From an uncultured Planctomycetia bacterium (GTDB lineage Bacteria > Omnitrophota > Gorgyraeia > 1-14-0-20-64-10), in contig CAZQXN010000010.1 of the NCBI GenBank assembly GCA_964597545.1, positions 140 through 64,139 of the forward strand: 64,000 nt of DNA, read 5' to 3'. Shown piece by piece: positions 8,597 through 17,484 of the stretch. The translations under genes and the position numbers were made by a program. The notes under the pieces were generated by a model. The model ran no database searches. It had not been told where the DNA came from and was given only the letters and a program-made list of their open reading frames with translations. Positions within the stretch are counted from its first letter, which is position 1. Each line of letters opens with the position of its first letter.

Positions 8597-9258
8597 AATC
8601 CTCTAGGAAGAGAGATGTTTGCTACCGATACACGACCGGCCGCCGCCCTTCCCTTGCCTCTGAGCAGCCCTTTTTTAAGCAAACCGCAGGTGACGGTGTG
8701 ATTGGCGCGCACCACTGCTCCGCAGGATGCCCCATTGTCAGAATTGATCCCTGAGGGTAAGTCGATCGAGAGCACTGGAGAGCGCTGGCGGTTGATCCAA
8801 TGAATCGCCGAGCGGAACGGTTCACGAACCTCACCGGAGAGCCCGGTCCCCAGCAGTGCATCGATGATCAGCCTGGGGTGGGTTTTTCTGCGGCACCATC
8901 GATTCCACAGCGCGCGGGAAGAGACCACTCGAACCGGAACCTTGAGCGCTTTTAAGATCTTGAGGTTCTCTGCTGCTGCGCCCTTAAGCTTGGAAAGCAC
9001 TCCCAACAGAACCACCTCTACAGCAATCCCCCAGTTATCAAGATGGCGCGCTGCAACAAACCCGTCACCCCCGTTGGCCCCGCTGCCGGCTAAGACCAGC
9101 ACTTTTCCGCTCGAGCGCGATTTTCTCGACAGCAGCGATTTGGCGCGCTGAGCCACTGCAGTGCCGGCATGCTCCATTAAAATCAGCTCCGGAATTCTGT
9201 ACCGCTGCTGGGCTTGTTGATCGACCCTTCGCATCTGAGCAGCAGTTACAGCGGACAT
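8590..9258 (-). CDS. nnrE: NAD(P)H-hydrate epimerase (YjeF N-terminal)
   Basis: LMEHAG, GANGGDG, IIDALLGTG, SIDLPSG. Confidence 0.92.
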   Translation of the reverse strand: MSAVTAAQMRRVDQQAQQRYRIPELILMEHAGTAVAQRAKSLLSRKSRSSGKVLVLAGSGANGGDGFVAARHLDNWGIAVEVVLLGVLSKLKGAAAENLKILKALKVPVRVVSSRALWNRWCRRKTHPRLIIDALLGTGLSGEVREPFRSAIHWINRQRSPVLSIDLPSGINSDNGASCGAVVRANHTVTCGLLKKGLLRGKGRAAAGRVSVANISLPRGLC

Positions 9259-9579
9259 TTACCGAACGGCCGAACCGACCGCCACCTCTCGATCTGGAGT
9301 GAGCAAACTCAAAACCTCGCCATCCTGTGCTGCAAGCAGCATCCCGTTGGAGGTCACACCGCGGATGGTCGCAGGGTCCAGGTTGTCCACCACCACAATG
9401 GTCTTTCCGGTAAGCTCTTCCGGACGATAGTGGCGAGCAATGCCAGCCACAATCTCTTTCTGAGCGCCTCCAGACTCAATGGTCAGCACCAAAAGCTTAT
9501 CGGCATTCGGATGCACTTTGGCCTCCAAAACCCGGGCCACTCGAAACTCCAACTTCTTAAAATCATCAAAGGTTGCCAT
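9259..9579 (-). CDS. tRNA-binding OB-fold protein (MetRS C-terminal/Trbp111/CsaA family)
   Basis: FDDFKKLEFRV..HPNADKL..IVAGI..NLDPATIRG..SNGMLLAA. Confidence 0.92.
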   Translation of the reverse strand: MATFDDFKKLEFRVARVLEAKVHPNADKLLVLTIESGGAQKEIVAGIARHYRPEELTGKTIVVVDNLDPATIRGVTSNGMLLAAQDGEVLSLLTPDREVAVGSAVR

Positions 9580-10078
9580 GGCTATCCTCTAACTCGGGTA
9601 CATCAAACTCAGGCACACCCACCACGAAACCAGCGTGGATCCACCCGCGACAGAAGTTCGGCGGCACAATCGCCCGCCACTGGCCCTCAGCGCCCCGGAG
9701 CTGAACCTTGTCTCCCTTGGAGAGGAACCCTAAACTCGTAAAATTGAGCCCCGCCCCGCAGCGAACATGGACCCGGTCTCCCTGGATCAGGCCCCATACC
9801 TCTTGGGCAGCCACATAATCAGAATGGACATAGACCGGCACCTCAATCGGAAGCGAGGTTCCGTACCATTCGCCGCTGCGCTCCAACAGGGGAATTTCCT
9901 GTCCTTGGGGAAATTGATACAGCGCTTCAAAGGTCAGTCCCGGACCCGAACGCAGATTGACGCGCTCCCCGGTCACCAACCCTGTAGGTGCCAAAGGCTC
10001 CTCCTGAGCAAGAGCACTCAAAAGGAGTGTGAGGAAAACCGGAAGGAAAAGAAAGAGGGGGTAGGGGCTTCGGTTCAA
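9566..10078 (-). CDS. secreted protein with two bacterial SH3 domains
   Basis: Signal peptide; VNLRSGPG and VHVRCGAG repeats, GWI. Confidence 0.88.
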   Translation of the reverse strand: MNRSPYPLFLFLPVFLTLLLSALAQEEPLAPTGLVTGERVNLRSGPGLTFEALYQFPQGQEIPLLERSGEWYGTSLPIEVPVYVHSDYVAAQEVWGLIQGDRVHVRCGAGLNFTSLGFLSKGDKVQLRGAEGQWRAIVPPNFCRGWIHAGFVVGVPEFDVPELEDSHGNL

Positions 10079-10084
10079 ATCCGG

Positions 10085-10429
10085 CTACTTCTTCCCAGAA
10101 GCACCGGACGGCTTGGCCGATCCTGTCCCTGCCGCCTCTTTTGCTGCACCAGCTTGAGGCTTGCCGGCTCCTGCCGGCGCCTTGCCTGTCGCCTCGGCAG
10201 CTGCCGGGGCTTCCTTCCCTTCTGCTGAGGCCTCTCCCTCAGGAGAAGCCGCCTTACTCTTCTTGACCTGAATCTTGAGGTGCTTGACCTTCGGCAGTCC
10301 TAGAGCAGAAGTGTCGGCTGGATCGAAGTCGCCCTTCTCCATCAAAACCTTAACCCGCTCTAATCGGTTGAGGACCGAGCGGTGGCGCTTCATGGTATCC
10401 CCTGATTTGAAACTGGAATGGATTGACAT
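10085..10429 (-). CDS. PVC-superphylum 'small basic protein' with Ala/Lys-rich tail
   Basis: MS.H.S.K....RHRSVL.R.ER...L......SALGLPKVK matches the PVC signature small basic protein family as I recall it. Confidence 0.85.
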   Translation of the reverse strand: MSIHSSFKSGDTMKRHRSVLNRLERVKVLMEKGDFDPADTSALGLPKVKHLKIQVKKSKAASPEGEASAEGKEAPAAAEATGKAPAGAGKPQAGAAKEAAGTGSAKPSGASGKK

Positions 10430-10449
10430 CTTGTTCTCTTTCTTAAGCT

Positions 10450-11064
10450 TTATCCAGAAGAAAGACGCTTGATAAATGCGTCGCGATATCTCTTGCGTAA
10501 CGTACCCAAAGATGCTTGAGCATGCTGCCGAGACCGATACCCAATGGCGCGCAGCTCATAGTAACGCCCCTGTTGGATGACCCGAACATCAATGCCCTTT
10601 CGGCGCAGCCGCGCTGCTTCATCGCGGGCCGACTGCGCCCCCACATAGCTGGCCAACTGAATCACATAACGCTGCGCTGGCCTCCGTTGGGGCCTAGGAA
10701 CCACATCGGTATCCCGCTGGGAGGGAGCACTTGCCGGTTGAACGGTCTGCTCATCGACCCGTTCCTGCAGCATCCTCTCCGGAACTGCTGGGCTCGCCTG
10801 GGGGGAGACGACATCTGACACCCCCTCACCGGCTCGGGCCACAAGCTGGGGACTTGCAATGTCCTGGGGACCTGCAACCAGGTGCTTGCCCCGCTCTATC
10901 CCTAAGCAGTAACCGGCTAGAAACAAAAGAATTACGCTTAAGATCCCGAAGACCAGGTCCTCATAAGCAACCTTGATCCTCAGAAAGCGCCCCGGAAAAG
11001 CCGGCCAATTCAACCGCTTGGGTCGTTCAGCCGAGGGTAAATCTTGAAAGAGCTCCGGCTGCAT
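10450..11064 (-). CDS. SPOR-domain membrane protein
   Basis: TM segment followed by GIERGK; C-terminal YVIQLASY...YRDAFIK. Confidence 0.85.
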   Translation of the reverse strand: MQPELFQDLPSAERPKRLNWPAFPGRFLRIKVAYEDLVFGILSVILLFLAGYCLGIERGKHLVAGPQDIASPQLVARAGEGVSDVVSPQASPAVPERMLQERVDEQTVQPASAPSQRDTDVVPRPQRRPAQRYVIQLASYVGAQSARDEAARLRRKGIDVRVIQQGRYYELRAIGYRSRQHAQASLGTLRKRYRDAFIKRLSSG

Positions 11065-11076
11065 GATGTGCTATTT

Positions 11077-11101
11077 TACCATAGGGTCTGACCCTTAGGT
11101 A
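11077..11101. repeat. GGGTCTGACCC palindrome, degenerate copy
   Basis: TACCATAGGGTCTGACCCTTAGGTA; abuts the TG-n-TAAAAT -10 box of the downstream operon. Confidence 0.8.
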
Positions 11102-11121
11102 CACAATTGGCCCATCTGCGC

Positions 11122-11150
11122 TGTACCAAAGGGTCTGACCCTTTGGTACA
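11122..11150. repeat. GGGTCTGACCC palindrome (29 bp)
   Basis: TGTACCAAAGGGTC-T-GACCCTTTGGTACA; identical copy at 60478-60506. Confidence 0.92.
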
Positions 11151-11153
11151 GGA

Positions 11154-14147
11154 TCATGCCAAGCTCTCTGGGCAGAGATCCCGAAAATCGCACCGGCGGC
11201 ATTTGATGACAGAAGGTGTTGCAGCGAAATCAGATACAGCAACGCCCTCTGCCAACTCCGTGATCCGTCGGCGGGTCTCCTCCAGCGCTTCAGGTTCCTG
11301 CTCAAAGGAAAGCTTTTCATTATTGCGCAGGTAGTAGAAACTCACCCGCTTCGGGGTAAGCCCCAGTGCATCGCGAGCAGCAAGCGCATAGAGGCGCAGC
11401 TGAAGCTGGTCCTCGCTGGATGCCTTGGCCTTTGGCTTTCCGGATTTGTAGTCGATGATCTCAACCGATCCGTCTTCCAGGGGATCTACCCGGTCGACCA
11501 CCCCTCGCACCCACACCGCTCCCAAGCGAAGGGTGAAGGCTTTTTCTACAAAGAGCGGAGGGCGGAAAGCACCCTTTTGCTTCTTGTAGAAGGCGCGCAG
11601 CAACTGCGCTCCAAGCTTAGAGATCTCCCGGTCTTGGAACGGCTCCCCGTAGCGGCATGGATGATGCAGCTGTTTGAAGGAAGCGAGCAGCGCCCCTTCA
11701 GCAGGGGCCTTGCCGGCCATGACCTCCAAGTAGAACTTCTCCAGGCAAAGATGGAGATCGCTGCCCAGCTGCATATCAGGGGTGGAGCGCACCGGAATTT
11801 TATAGATGTAAGCATAGAGGTACTTCTTGGGGCAGTAGCGAAAGGTCTCCATCTGCGTGAAGCTAAACTTCTCCTGCATGGGAAAATCAGATCGCTTGAG
11901 TGTTGCGGCTTTTCGGGCCGTTTCTGCGTGCAAAGCCGCCGCAAGCTGCGCAATCTCATCGAGGGCGCGCTTCAAGCCCTTGCTGTCCTTTTGATCCAGG
12001 GTGCGGATCTCCTCCAGCAGCTCTAGGGTTCTGCGCTCAGCTGCCAAAGCTGTCGGCCGGGCCCCTTCCCTCCCCCGAGGGTAAGTTTCCTGGTCCGACG
12101 GCGCATCCGACTCTTTGTCTTTCGCGACCCGCTGAATCTCATTCCCCAATCCAGAGGCCAGCATTTCTCTGACAAAAAGGGATGGGCGGCGATAGGCTTG
12201 CTCTTGCGTGAAGCAATACAGATGGCGCTTGGCCCGCGTGCAGGCCACATAGCAGAGCCGACGCTCCTCCTGGAGATGGAAATCCCCCTTGGGCAGGGAT
12301 TCCTTCATCAGGGCAACGGGAAATGGAATCTGTTCCGGGCGACTCCGGGCCGGAAAGCGCCCCTGCACCATGCCCAGCAGAATCACGCAGTCAAATTCCA
12401 ACCCCTTGGCCTGATGAATGGTCATCAGCTGCACCCGGTTGCCAACCTCCCAGCTCTCTTCGTCCGCTGAATCACTCATGCCGGCCTTGAGGGCGGAATC
12501 CAGGTACCAGAGAAATTCTGCCGGGCTTTGTTCCTCGGGATGACTCTGGGTATAGCGATGCGCCAAGCGCTTGAGCCCCGCCAGGATTGCCACCGGATCC
12601 CCCTCCGCAGTAACCGGCATCCGGAAAACAGCCCTGAGGGAGGAGCCCTCTGTTAGGGCATCCATCAAACGAATGACATCCCGCTGAGGCAATTGACGCT
12701 TGAGCCGGTCCAGCTCCGCGAGCAACTGAGCAACCCGCTTCTGGGAGGCGGCCTTGAGAGAAAGGTGCTTTGCCTGCCGCAGCGCCCTAAGAAGCGTTAT
12801 CTCCTGCTCCTTGCAGGTGCGGCTGATGGCAAGCAGATCCTCCCCCGGAAGATCCCAAACCGGATGGCTCAGCAGTCGAAAGAGGCTGACGGAATCGTCC
12901 GGATCCTGCAGTACTTTCAGCAGAGCAATGACATCTTTAACGGCCGGATCGTTTAAAAGGGCGTATCTGCCGCGCACCAGGAAGGGGATGTGGTGAGCGC
13001 GCAGCGCCTCAACCAGAGTATCGCGGTGTGCGTGCGCCCGATAGAGCACGGCCACTTGATTCCACTGCGGCTCGCCTCCAGAGGTGCAAGCCGCAGACTG
13101 AATGACCTCGATGGCCCGACCTGCCTCATGGACATTGCTACTCACCTGCTCCACTGAAACAGGAGCGCCGGCTGGGCCCTCTGCCGTCAACCGCTTGTCT
13201 GGATCGTATCGATCGGTGCCGTTGTTCTGGATGAGGCGCTCAGAGACCGAGAGGATTTTCTGGGTTGAGCGATAATTGTGTCTCAAGCGCAGCGTCTTGA
13301 CGTTGGGAAAAGCCTCCTGCATCAACAGGAAGCTGGCAAACGAAGCTCCCCGGAAGCGATAGATGGCTTGATCGTCATCCCCTACAACGCAGAGCTGTCT
13401 GCCATCTCCGGCCAAGAGCTTGAGCAGCGCGATCTGGGCAACGTTGGTATCCTGGAACTCATCCACCAGGATGTGACGGTACTGTGCGCGAATCTGCGCC
13501 AAGAGCCCTGGCCGCGCTTCCAGGTGGCGGCAGCTCTCCATGATGAGGTCCCCAAAATCCAGACATTGATGCTCACGCATCTGCTGCTGGTAAACAGAAT
13601 AAACCGAGGCCATCTCTAAAGCGCGTTTGCGCTCCTCACTTTCTTCAAGCCCCTCGGCATAGCGGTGGAAATCCTCCGGAGAAACCAATTCATCCTTGGC
13701 GCGGCTGATGAACTTCAGGAAACCATCGATACATTCAGTCGGATTCGAGAGATTGAGATAGTGCTTCAATCGAATTTGAGGCAGGAGCTTGCGGAAGAAG
13801 ACCCAGGTTTCTGTTGAATCCAACAGCTGGAATCGCTGGGGCAAACCCAGCTCCAAGGCGTAATCCTGAAGGAAGCGGTTGCAGAAACCATGGAAGGTGA
13901 AGACCCCCAGGGTATCGGCATAGGTTCCGGTAAGTCGCTCCACCCGCTCCAGCATCTCTCGCGCTGCTTTTCGGGAGAATGTCAGCGCCAGGAAATTGGC
14001 CGGCGTTAAAGCGGAATCCCTTTGCAGAAGGTGGGCGATGCGGTGAGCAATGACCCGAGTCTTTCCGGTCCCTGCCCCGGCCAAGATTAAGATCGGCCCT
14101 TCAGCGGTTGAACCCGCCTGACGCGGTTCGGCATTGCGCGGCTCCAA
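11154..14147 (-). CDS. UvrD/REP SF1 helicase fused to a PD-(D/E)XK RecB-like nuclease with 4Fe-4S cysteines
   Basis: AGAGTGKT, VDEFQDTN, VGDDDQAIYRFRGA, TIHQAKGLEF, EERRLCYVACTRA; C-terminal CPKKY, GVVDRVD, IIDYKSG, QLRLY, CRRCDFRDLC. TTG start at 14147 assumed. Confidence 0.93.
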   Translation of the reverse strand: MEPRNAEPRQAGSTAEGPILILAGAGTGKTRVIAHRIAHLLQRDSALTPANFLALTFSRKAAREMLERVERLTGTYADTLGVFTFHGFCNRFLQDYALELGLPQRFQLLDSTETWVFFRKLLPQIRLKHYLNLSNPTECIDGFLKFISRAKDELVSPEDFHRYAEGLEESEERKRALEMASVYSVYQQQMREHQCLDFGDLIMESCRHLEARPGLLAQIRAQYRHILVDEFQDTNVAQIALLKLLAGDGRQLCVVGDDDQAIYRFRGASFASFLLMQEAFPNVKTLRLRHNYRSTQKILSVSERLIQNNGTDRYDPDKRLTAEGPAGAPVSVEQVSSNVHEAGRAIEVIQSAACTSGGEPQWNQVAVLYRAHAHRDTLVEALRAHHIPFLVRGRYALLNDPAVKDVIALLKVLQDPDDSVSLFRLLSHPVWDLPGEDLLAISRTCKEQEITLLRALRQAKHLSLKAASQKRVAQLLAELDRLKRQLPQRDVIRLMDALTEGSSLRAVFRMPVTAEGDPVAILAGLKRLAHRYTQSHPEEQSPAEFLWYLDSALKAGMSDSADEESWEVGNRVQLMTIHQAKGLEFDCVILLGMVQGRFPARSRPEQIPFPVALMKESLPKGDFHLQEERRLCYVACTRAKRHLYCFTQEQAYRRPSLFVREMLASGLGNEIQRVAKDKESDAPSDQETYPRGREGARPTALAAERRTLELLEEIRTLDQKDSKGLKRALDEIAQLAAALHAETARKAATLKRSDFPMQEKFSFTQMETFRYCPKKYLYAYIYKIPVRSTPDMQLGSDLHLCLEKFYLEVMAGKAPAEGALLASFKQLHHPCRYGEPFQDREISKLGAQLLRAFYKKQKGAFRPPLFVEKAFTLRLGAVWVRGVVDRVDPLEDGSVEIIDYKSGKPKAKASSEDQLQLRLYALAARDALGLTPKRVSFYYLRNNEKLSFEQEPEALEETRRRITELAEGVAVSDFAATPSVIKCRRCDFRDLCPESLA

Positions 14148-14163
14148 AGGAGGGTCGCCGGAG

Positions 14164-14934
14164 TTACGAGGCGACTTCTTCGATCGCGAGGGGGAACTCG
14201 AAGTGGACGGCACTGCCGGGCTGGTCGGCTGCATTGAAGTCTGTTTTGATGTTGTAAATCAACAGGCGGATGGAGGTAGCATCCGGGTGGGGCCGCGGAA
14301 AAGCAACGTACCCATCGTAAGCGATGCCGGGATGCACATAGCCTCCTGCCAAACGCACCTGCTTAATCAGGAAATGTCGCTTTCGAGCGCTGCCGCCGCT
14401 TAAGGCTCCAGCGACTTTAAGGGGAGCCCCGTAGGGACCGGGAGCCAAATCACCCGTTGTCTTGGCATAGGCCCAAACATTGGTCTTGGCCTCCAGGAGG
14501 GCCGAGATGTTATCCGGGGAAAGCTCCGGGTATTGGATGTTGATGTTGTCGATCAAGGCGAAATCACCGGGATCCACCTTGATGCGCTTGCCGCTGTGGT
14601 TGGCCAGCTTCACATAGAAGACAAGGGTTTGCGGCGGATAGGGGTTCTTATCTGCCAGCTTCCCGAAAACCTCTTTATTCTTGAAGAAAGCAGTCAGCTC
14701 CTCAGGATTTGCATACCGGACCGTCACATCAATGCCTGATTTGGACAGCGAACTGGTGGCAGGAGAAATCTGAACAGAGGTGGGCGGGCCCCCTTCTTCA
14801 GGCCGACGCTGCTCAATCTGGCCCTTGGGGCGCTCCAGCATGACCATACGGCCCCGGCAGCCACCTACTCCAATCGCCAGGCCGCACACCAAACCGAGTA
14901 AAACCACCTTCGTTCCAAGAAATCGAACCATCAT
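14164..14934 (-). CDS. hypothetical lipoprotein
   Basis: Hydrophobic signal ending VGGC; globular beta-rich body. Confidence 0.75.
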   Translation of the reverse strand: MMVRFLGTKVVLLGLVCGLAIGVGGCRGRMVMLERPKGQIEQRRPEEGGPPTSVQISPATSSLSKSGIDVTVRYANPEELTAFFKNKEVFGKLADKNPYPPQTLVFYVKLANHSGKRIKVDPGDFALIDNINIQYPELSPDNISALLEAKTNVWAYAKTTGDLAPGPYGAPLKVAGALSGGSARKRHFLIKQVRLAGGYVHPGIAYDGYVAFPRPHPDATSIRLLIYNIKTDFNAADQPGSAVHFEFPLAIEEVAS

Positions 14935-15623
14935 GACCGCCGTCCTTTCCGTATCTTTAAGGTGTTCGAGAAGAAGTCGGAGACAAAAGAGAGGAGGGTC
15001 TCCTCCGGTGCTACTTGCAATTCCAAGCGAAAAGATTTCCAGGGCTCAGGAGGGTCGGCCGAGACCTTAAGCAGGCTCATCGCCCGAAGCACCCTCTCGG
15101 ATAACGCCCCCTCCAAATGAAGCTGTGCTTGATGGTGGCGACCCATCCACCCTTCACCTGAGAGCCTAAGCAGCCGACCCTGAAGCGACAACCCTGTGAG
15201 ATCCACTTGGGCCGGCCGGACTTCAAGTACTGCGGTGCCGCTGCGAGCCACCGGCTCTGCCGAAAGCACCTCCTGGGCTGCGGGCTTGCGAATCCGCCAG
15301 GAGGTCGGATCCAATCGGATCTCGCCCAGCCGCCAGGCTGTCGTCCAGCGTCCCAGAGGGAGCGGACCCGCTTGCTGAGCAATCCATACTCGGACAAGAT
15401 GCAGCCGCCCCCCGTGCGGCGTCTGAAGCTTCACATCCCGAAGCTCCAAGCTGCGCCAGGGGGTCCAGCGCGCCTGGGCAATGCTGACCTGCCAACCGCT
15501 CCGACCCACAAGCCGCTCGGCTGCCCACTGCGCTGGCCGGGTCACCGGCCAGCCGAGAAATCCCAGAGCAAAGACAAAGATCAGTCCCAGGAAAAAGGGG
15601 CGGGGCGACTTCGTAGACGCCAA
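14931..15623 (-). CDS. hypothetical membrane-anchored beta-rich protein (AsmA/GspN-like, uncertain)
   Basis: N-terminal TM segment, alternating beta-strand pattern, operon position. Confidence 0.55.
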   Translation of the reverse strand: MASTKSPRPFFLGLIFVFALGFLGWPVTRPAQWAAERLVGRSGWQVSIAQARWTPWRSLELRDVKLQTPHGGRLHLVRVWIAQQAGPLPLGRWTTAWRLGEIRLDPTSWRIRKPAAQEVLSAEPVARSGTAVLEVRPAQVDLTGLSLQGRLLRLSGEGWMGRHHQAQLHLEGALSERVLRAMSLLKVSADPPEPWKSFRLELQVAPEETLLSFVSDFFSNTLKIRKGRRS

Positions 15624-15626
15624 CCG

Positions 15627-15881
15627 CTAGCCCTCTAACACCGCTTGAATTTGCCCCAGAACACGCTCATCCCGAGTCAGCACATAGCCCCGGACTGAAG
15701 CGCTCTCGTGGGTCAGAAGCCACTTGCGCTCTGTCAGCTGATCCAAAACCTGCTGAACCTGCTCTGCCTCAGCTCTCACCCAGGCTGAAATGCCCCGAAC
15801 GGTCTCCACAGCCTGCGGCTGTTCCTGGAAAAACTGAAGGATCCTGCGCTCAACGAAAGCCGGGGATGTCGCCTCAGGCAC
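15627..15881 (-). CDS. small winged-helix-like protein
   Basis: ILQFF..P.AVETVRGI..W......V...L..L pattern; tightly coupled to the HD-GYP gene. Confidence 0.65.
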   Translation of the reverse strand: MPEATSPAFVERRILQFFQEQPQAVETVRGISAWVRAEAEQVQQVLDQLTERKWLLTHESASVRGYVLTRDERVLGQIQAVLEG

Positions 15882-15883
15882 AG

Positions 15884-17401
15884 CTATTTCCCTCCGCTGC
15901 GCGCGGGGCGGCCGGCCAAAGCAAGGGCAAAACCCTCCAGCGCCTTGGAGCGGACCGCACCCAAGAAGGCCTTGACCACCTTGGGATCAAATTGCGTGCC
16001 TGCATGCCGGGCAATCTCACGCGCTGCATCTTGAACCGAGAGGGTCCGTCGATAGGGGCGCTCACTGACCATGGCCTCAAAGGCATTTGCGACCCCCAGG
16101 ATTCTGGCACCCAGAGGGATTTCCTCCTTCTTAAGCCCCTTGGGATACCCTGTCCCGTCGTAGCGCTCATGGTGATAAAGGATGATGGGGATCGCCGGCT
16201 CTAAGATATGCAGAGGCTCCAACAGGCTTGCCCCTTTGACTGGGTGCTCTTTGATCTTGGCAAATTCAGCCGGCTCCAGTTTGCTGGGCTTCTTCAAGAT
16301 GCTCGTCGGTATGCCGGCCCGGCCGGCATCGTGCAACAGGGCCGCATATTCCAACGAACGCAGTTGGTCGTCTCCCAAGCGCATCTGGTGGCCGATCGCT
16401 AAGGCGATGTTGGCCAAGATCTGAGGACGTGGAACAGACTGCCCTGAGGCGGTATCCATGCCGCCCAAAATGGCACTCAAGCTCTTGATCGTCCCCCAGG
16501 TAATCCGCTCCTGGGTTTCGTACATTTGTGCGTTGCGTATGGCAACCACAGATTGCTCTGCCAGGGTGGTGAGAATCTCCTGATCCAATCGGCTGAACAG
16601 TTTGGTGCCGGTCTTGCGGCGCACGAGGATAACCCCCATGCACTCTTCCTCGACCAAGGGGACAATCATCATCCGAGGGGTCAAGCGGGAGGTGCAGGAA
16701 GCAGCCACCTTCCCAACCATACCCATCCCCGCCTTGATTGAACGAACAGAGCCGGACTTCTGCCTAGAAGGGCTCACTACTGCGCGGGGCTCGAGTGTCT
16801 GCTTCTCCTGATCCAGCAACCAGATGGTACATGCCTGGGCCCTGAGCACCTGGCAACAGAGACGAGCCACACGAGGCAGCAGCTCTCCTAAGTTCAAAGT
16901 TGAGCTGATCAAACGATGGATGGTATGGATGGTGGAAAGGGCTACGCATCGAGGCTGCAAGGTGTCGGAGAGGTTCTTAAGTTCTTGGGCAGTTGCGCGC
17001 TCCCTGAGTGCCGCCTCAACCACCAACCCGCCCAGTTGAAGCTGAGCGTTGGAAAGGGGCCGTTTGGCGTAACAGATTCCCAGAAACCCATGGGTTTTAC
17101 TATTCCGGGAAAGGGGAAGAATGGCGGCGTTGCGCTCAATCGGGCAGAGGAATCGAAGGGGTTGGCCCGACCGACGGGCCTGCCCCAAGGCGGTTAAGAA
17201 GCGCTTCTGGCAGCGGGAGCGGTTGGCCAGGGACTGGCGAACATAGGGGCAAGTTCGGCAAGCGGCCTTGTAATTCAAGGATTTCGGCCGCTCCAAGGCA
17301 ATTTCCCACCATATCAGGCGGGCCGCCTGTGCGGTGAGAATCTCCCGAAGGCGGCGTACCTGTGCAGGGTCAATCCATTGTGTGGGCTTCATCTTCTGCA
17401 T
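15884..17401 (-). CDS. Cys-rich sensor / GAF / HD-GYP domain protein
   Basis: LHDAG, HPVKG, HHERYDGTGYP, RPYR, QFDP; central GAF domain. Confidence 0.9.
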   Translation of the reverse strand: MQKMKPTQWIDPAQVRRLREILTAQAARLIWWEIALERPKSLNYKAACRTCPYVRQSLANRSRCQKRFLTALGQARRSGQPLRFLCPIERNAAILPLSRNSKTHGFLGICYAKRPLSNAQLQLGGLVVEAALRERATAQELKNLSDTLQPRCVALSTIHTIHRLISSTLNLGELLPRVARLCCQVLRAQACTIWLLDQEKQTLEPRAVVSPSRQKSGSVRSIKAGMGMVGKVAASCTSRLTPRMMIVPLVEEECMGVILVRRKTGTKLFSRLDQEILTTLAEQSVVAIRNAQMYETQERITWGTIKSLSAILGGMDTASGQSVPRPQILANIALAIGHQMRLGDDQLRSLEYAALLHDAGRAGIPTSILKKPSKLEPAEFAKIKEHPVKGASLLEPLHILEPAIPIILYHHERYDGTGYPKGLKKEEIPLGARILGVANAFEAMVSERPYRRTLSVQDAAREIARHAGTQFDPKVVKAFLGAVRSKALEGFALALAGRPARSGGK

Positions 17402-17484
17402 GGCTTCACCTCTATTATACTCGGAGAGGCTCGTTTCGGGGAGTTGTTGCGCAGATCTGTTTAAGGCTCAAGCGGTGCCGCCCT

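Noticed and set aside
14147-14234. N-terminal extension of the helicase in the ORF track
   Set aside because: It overlaps the upstream lipoprotein gene; a TTG just after that stop is more plausible.
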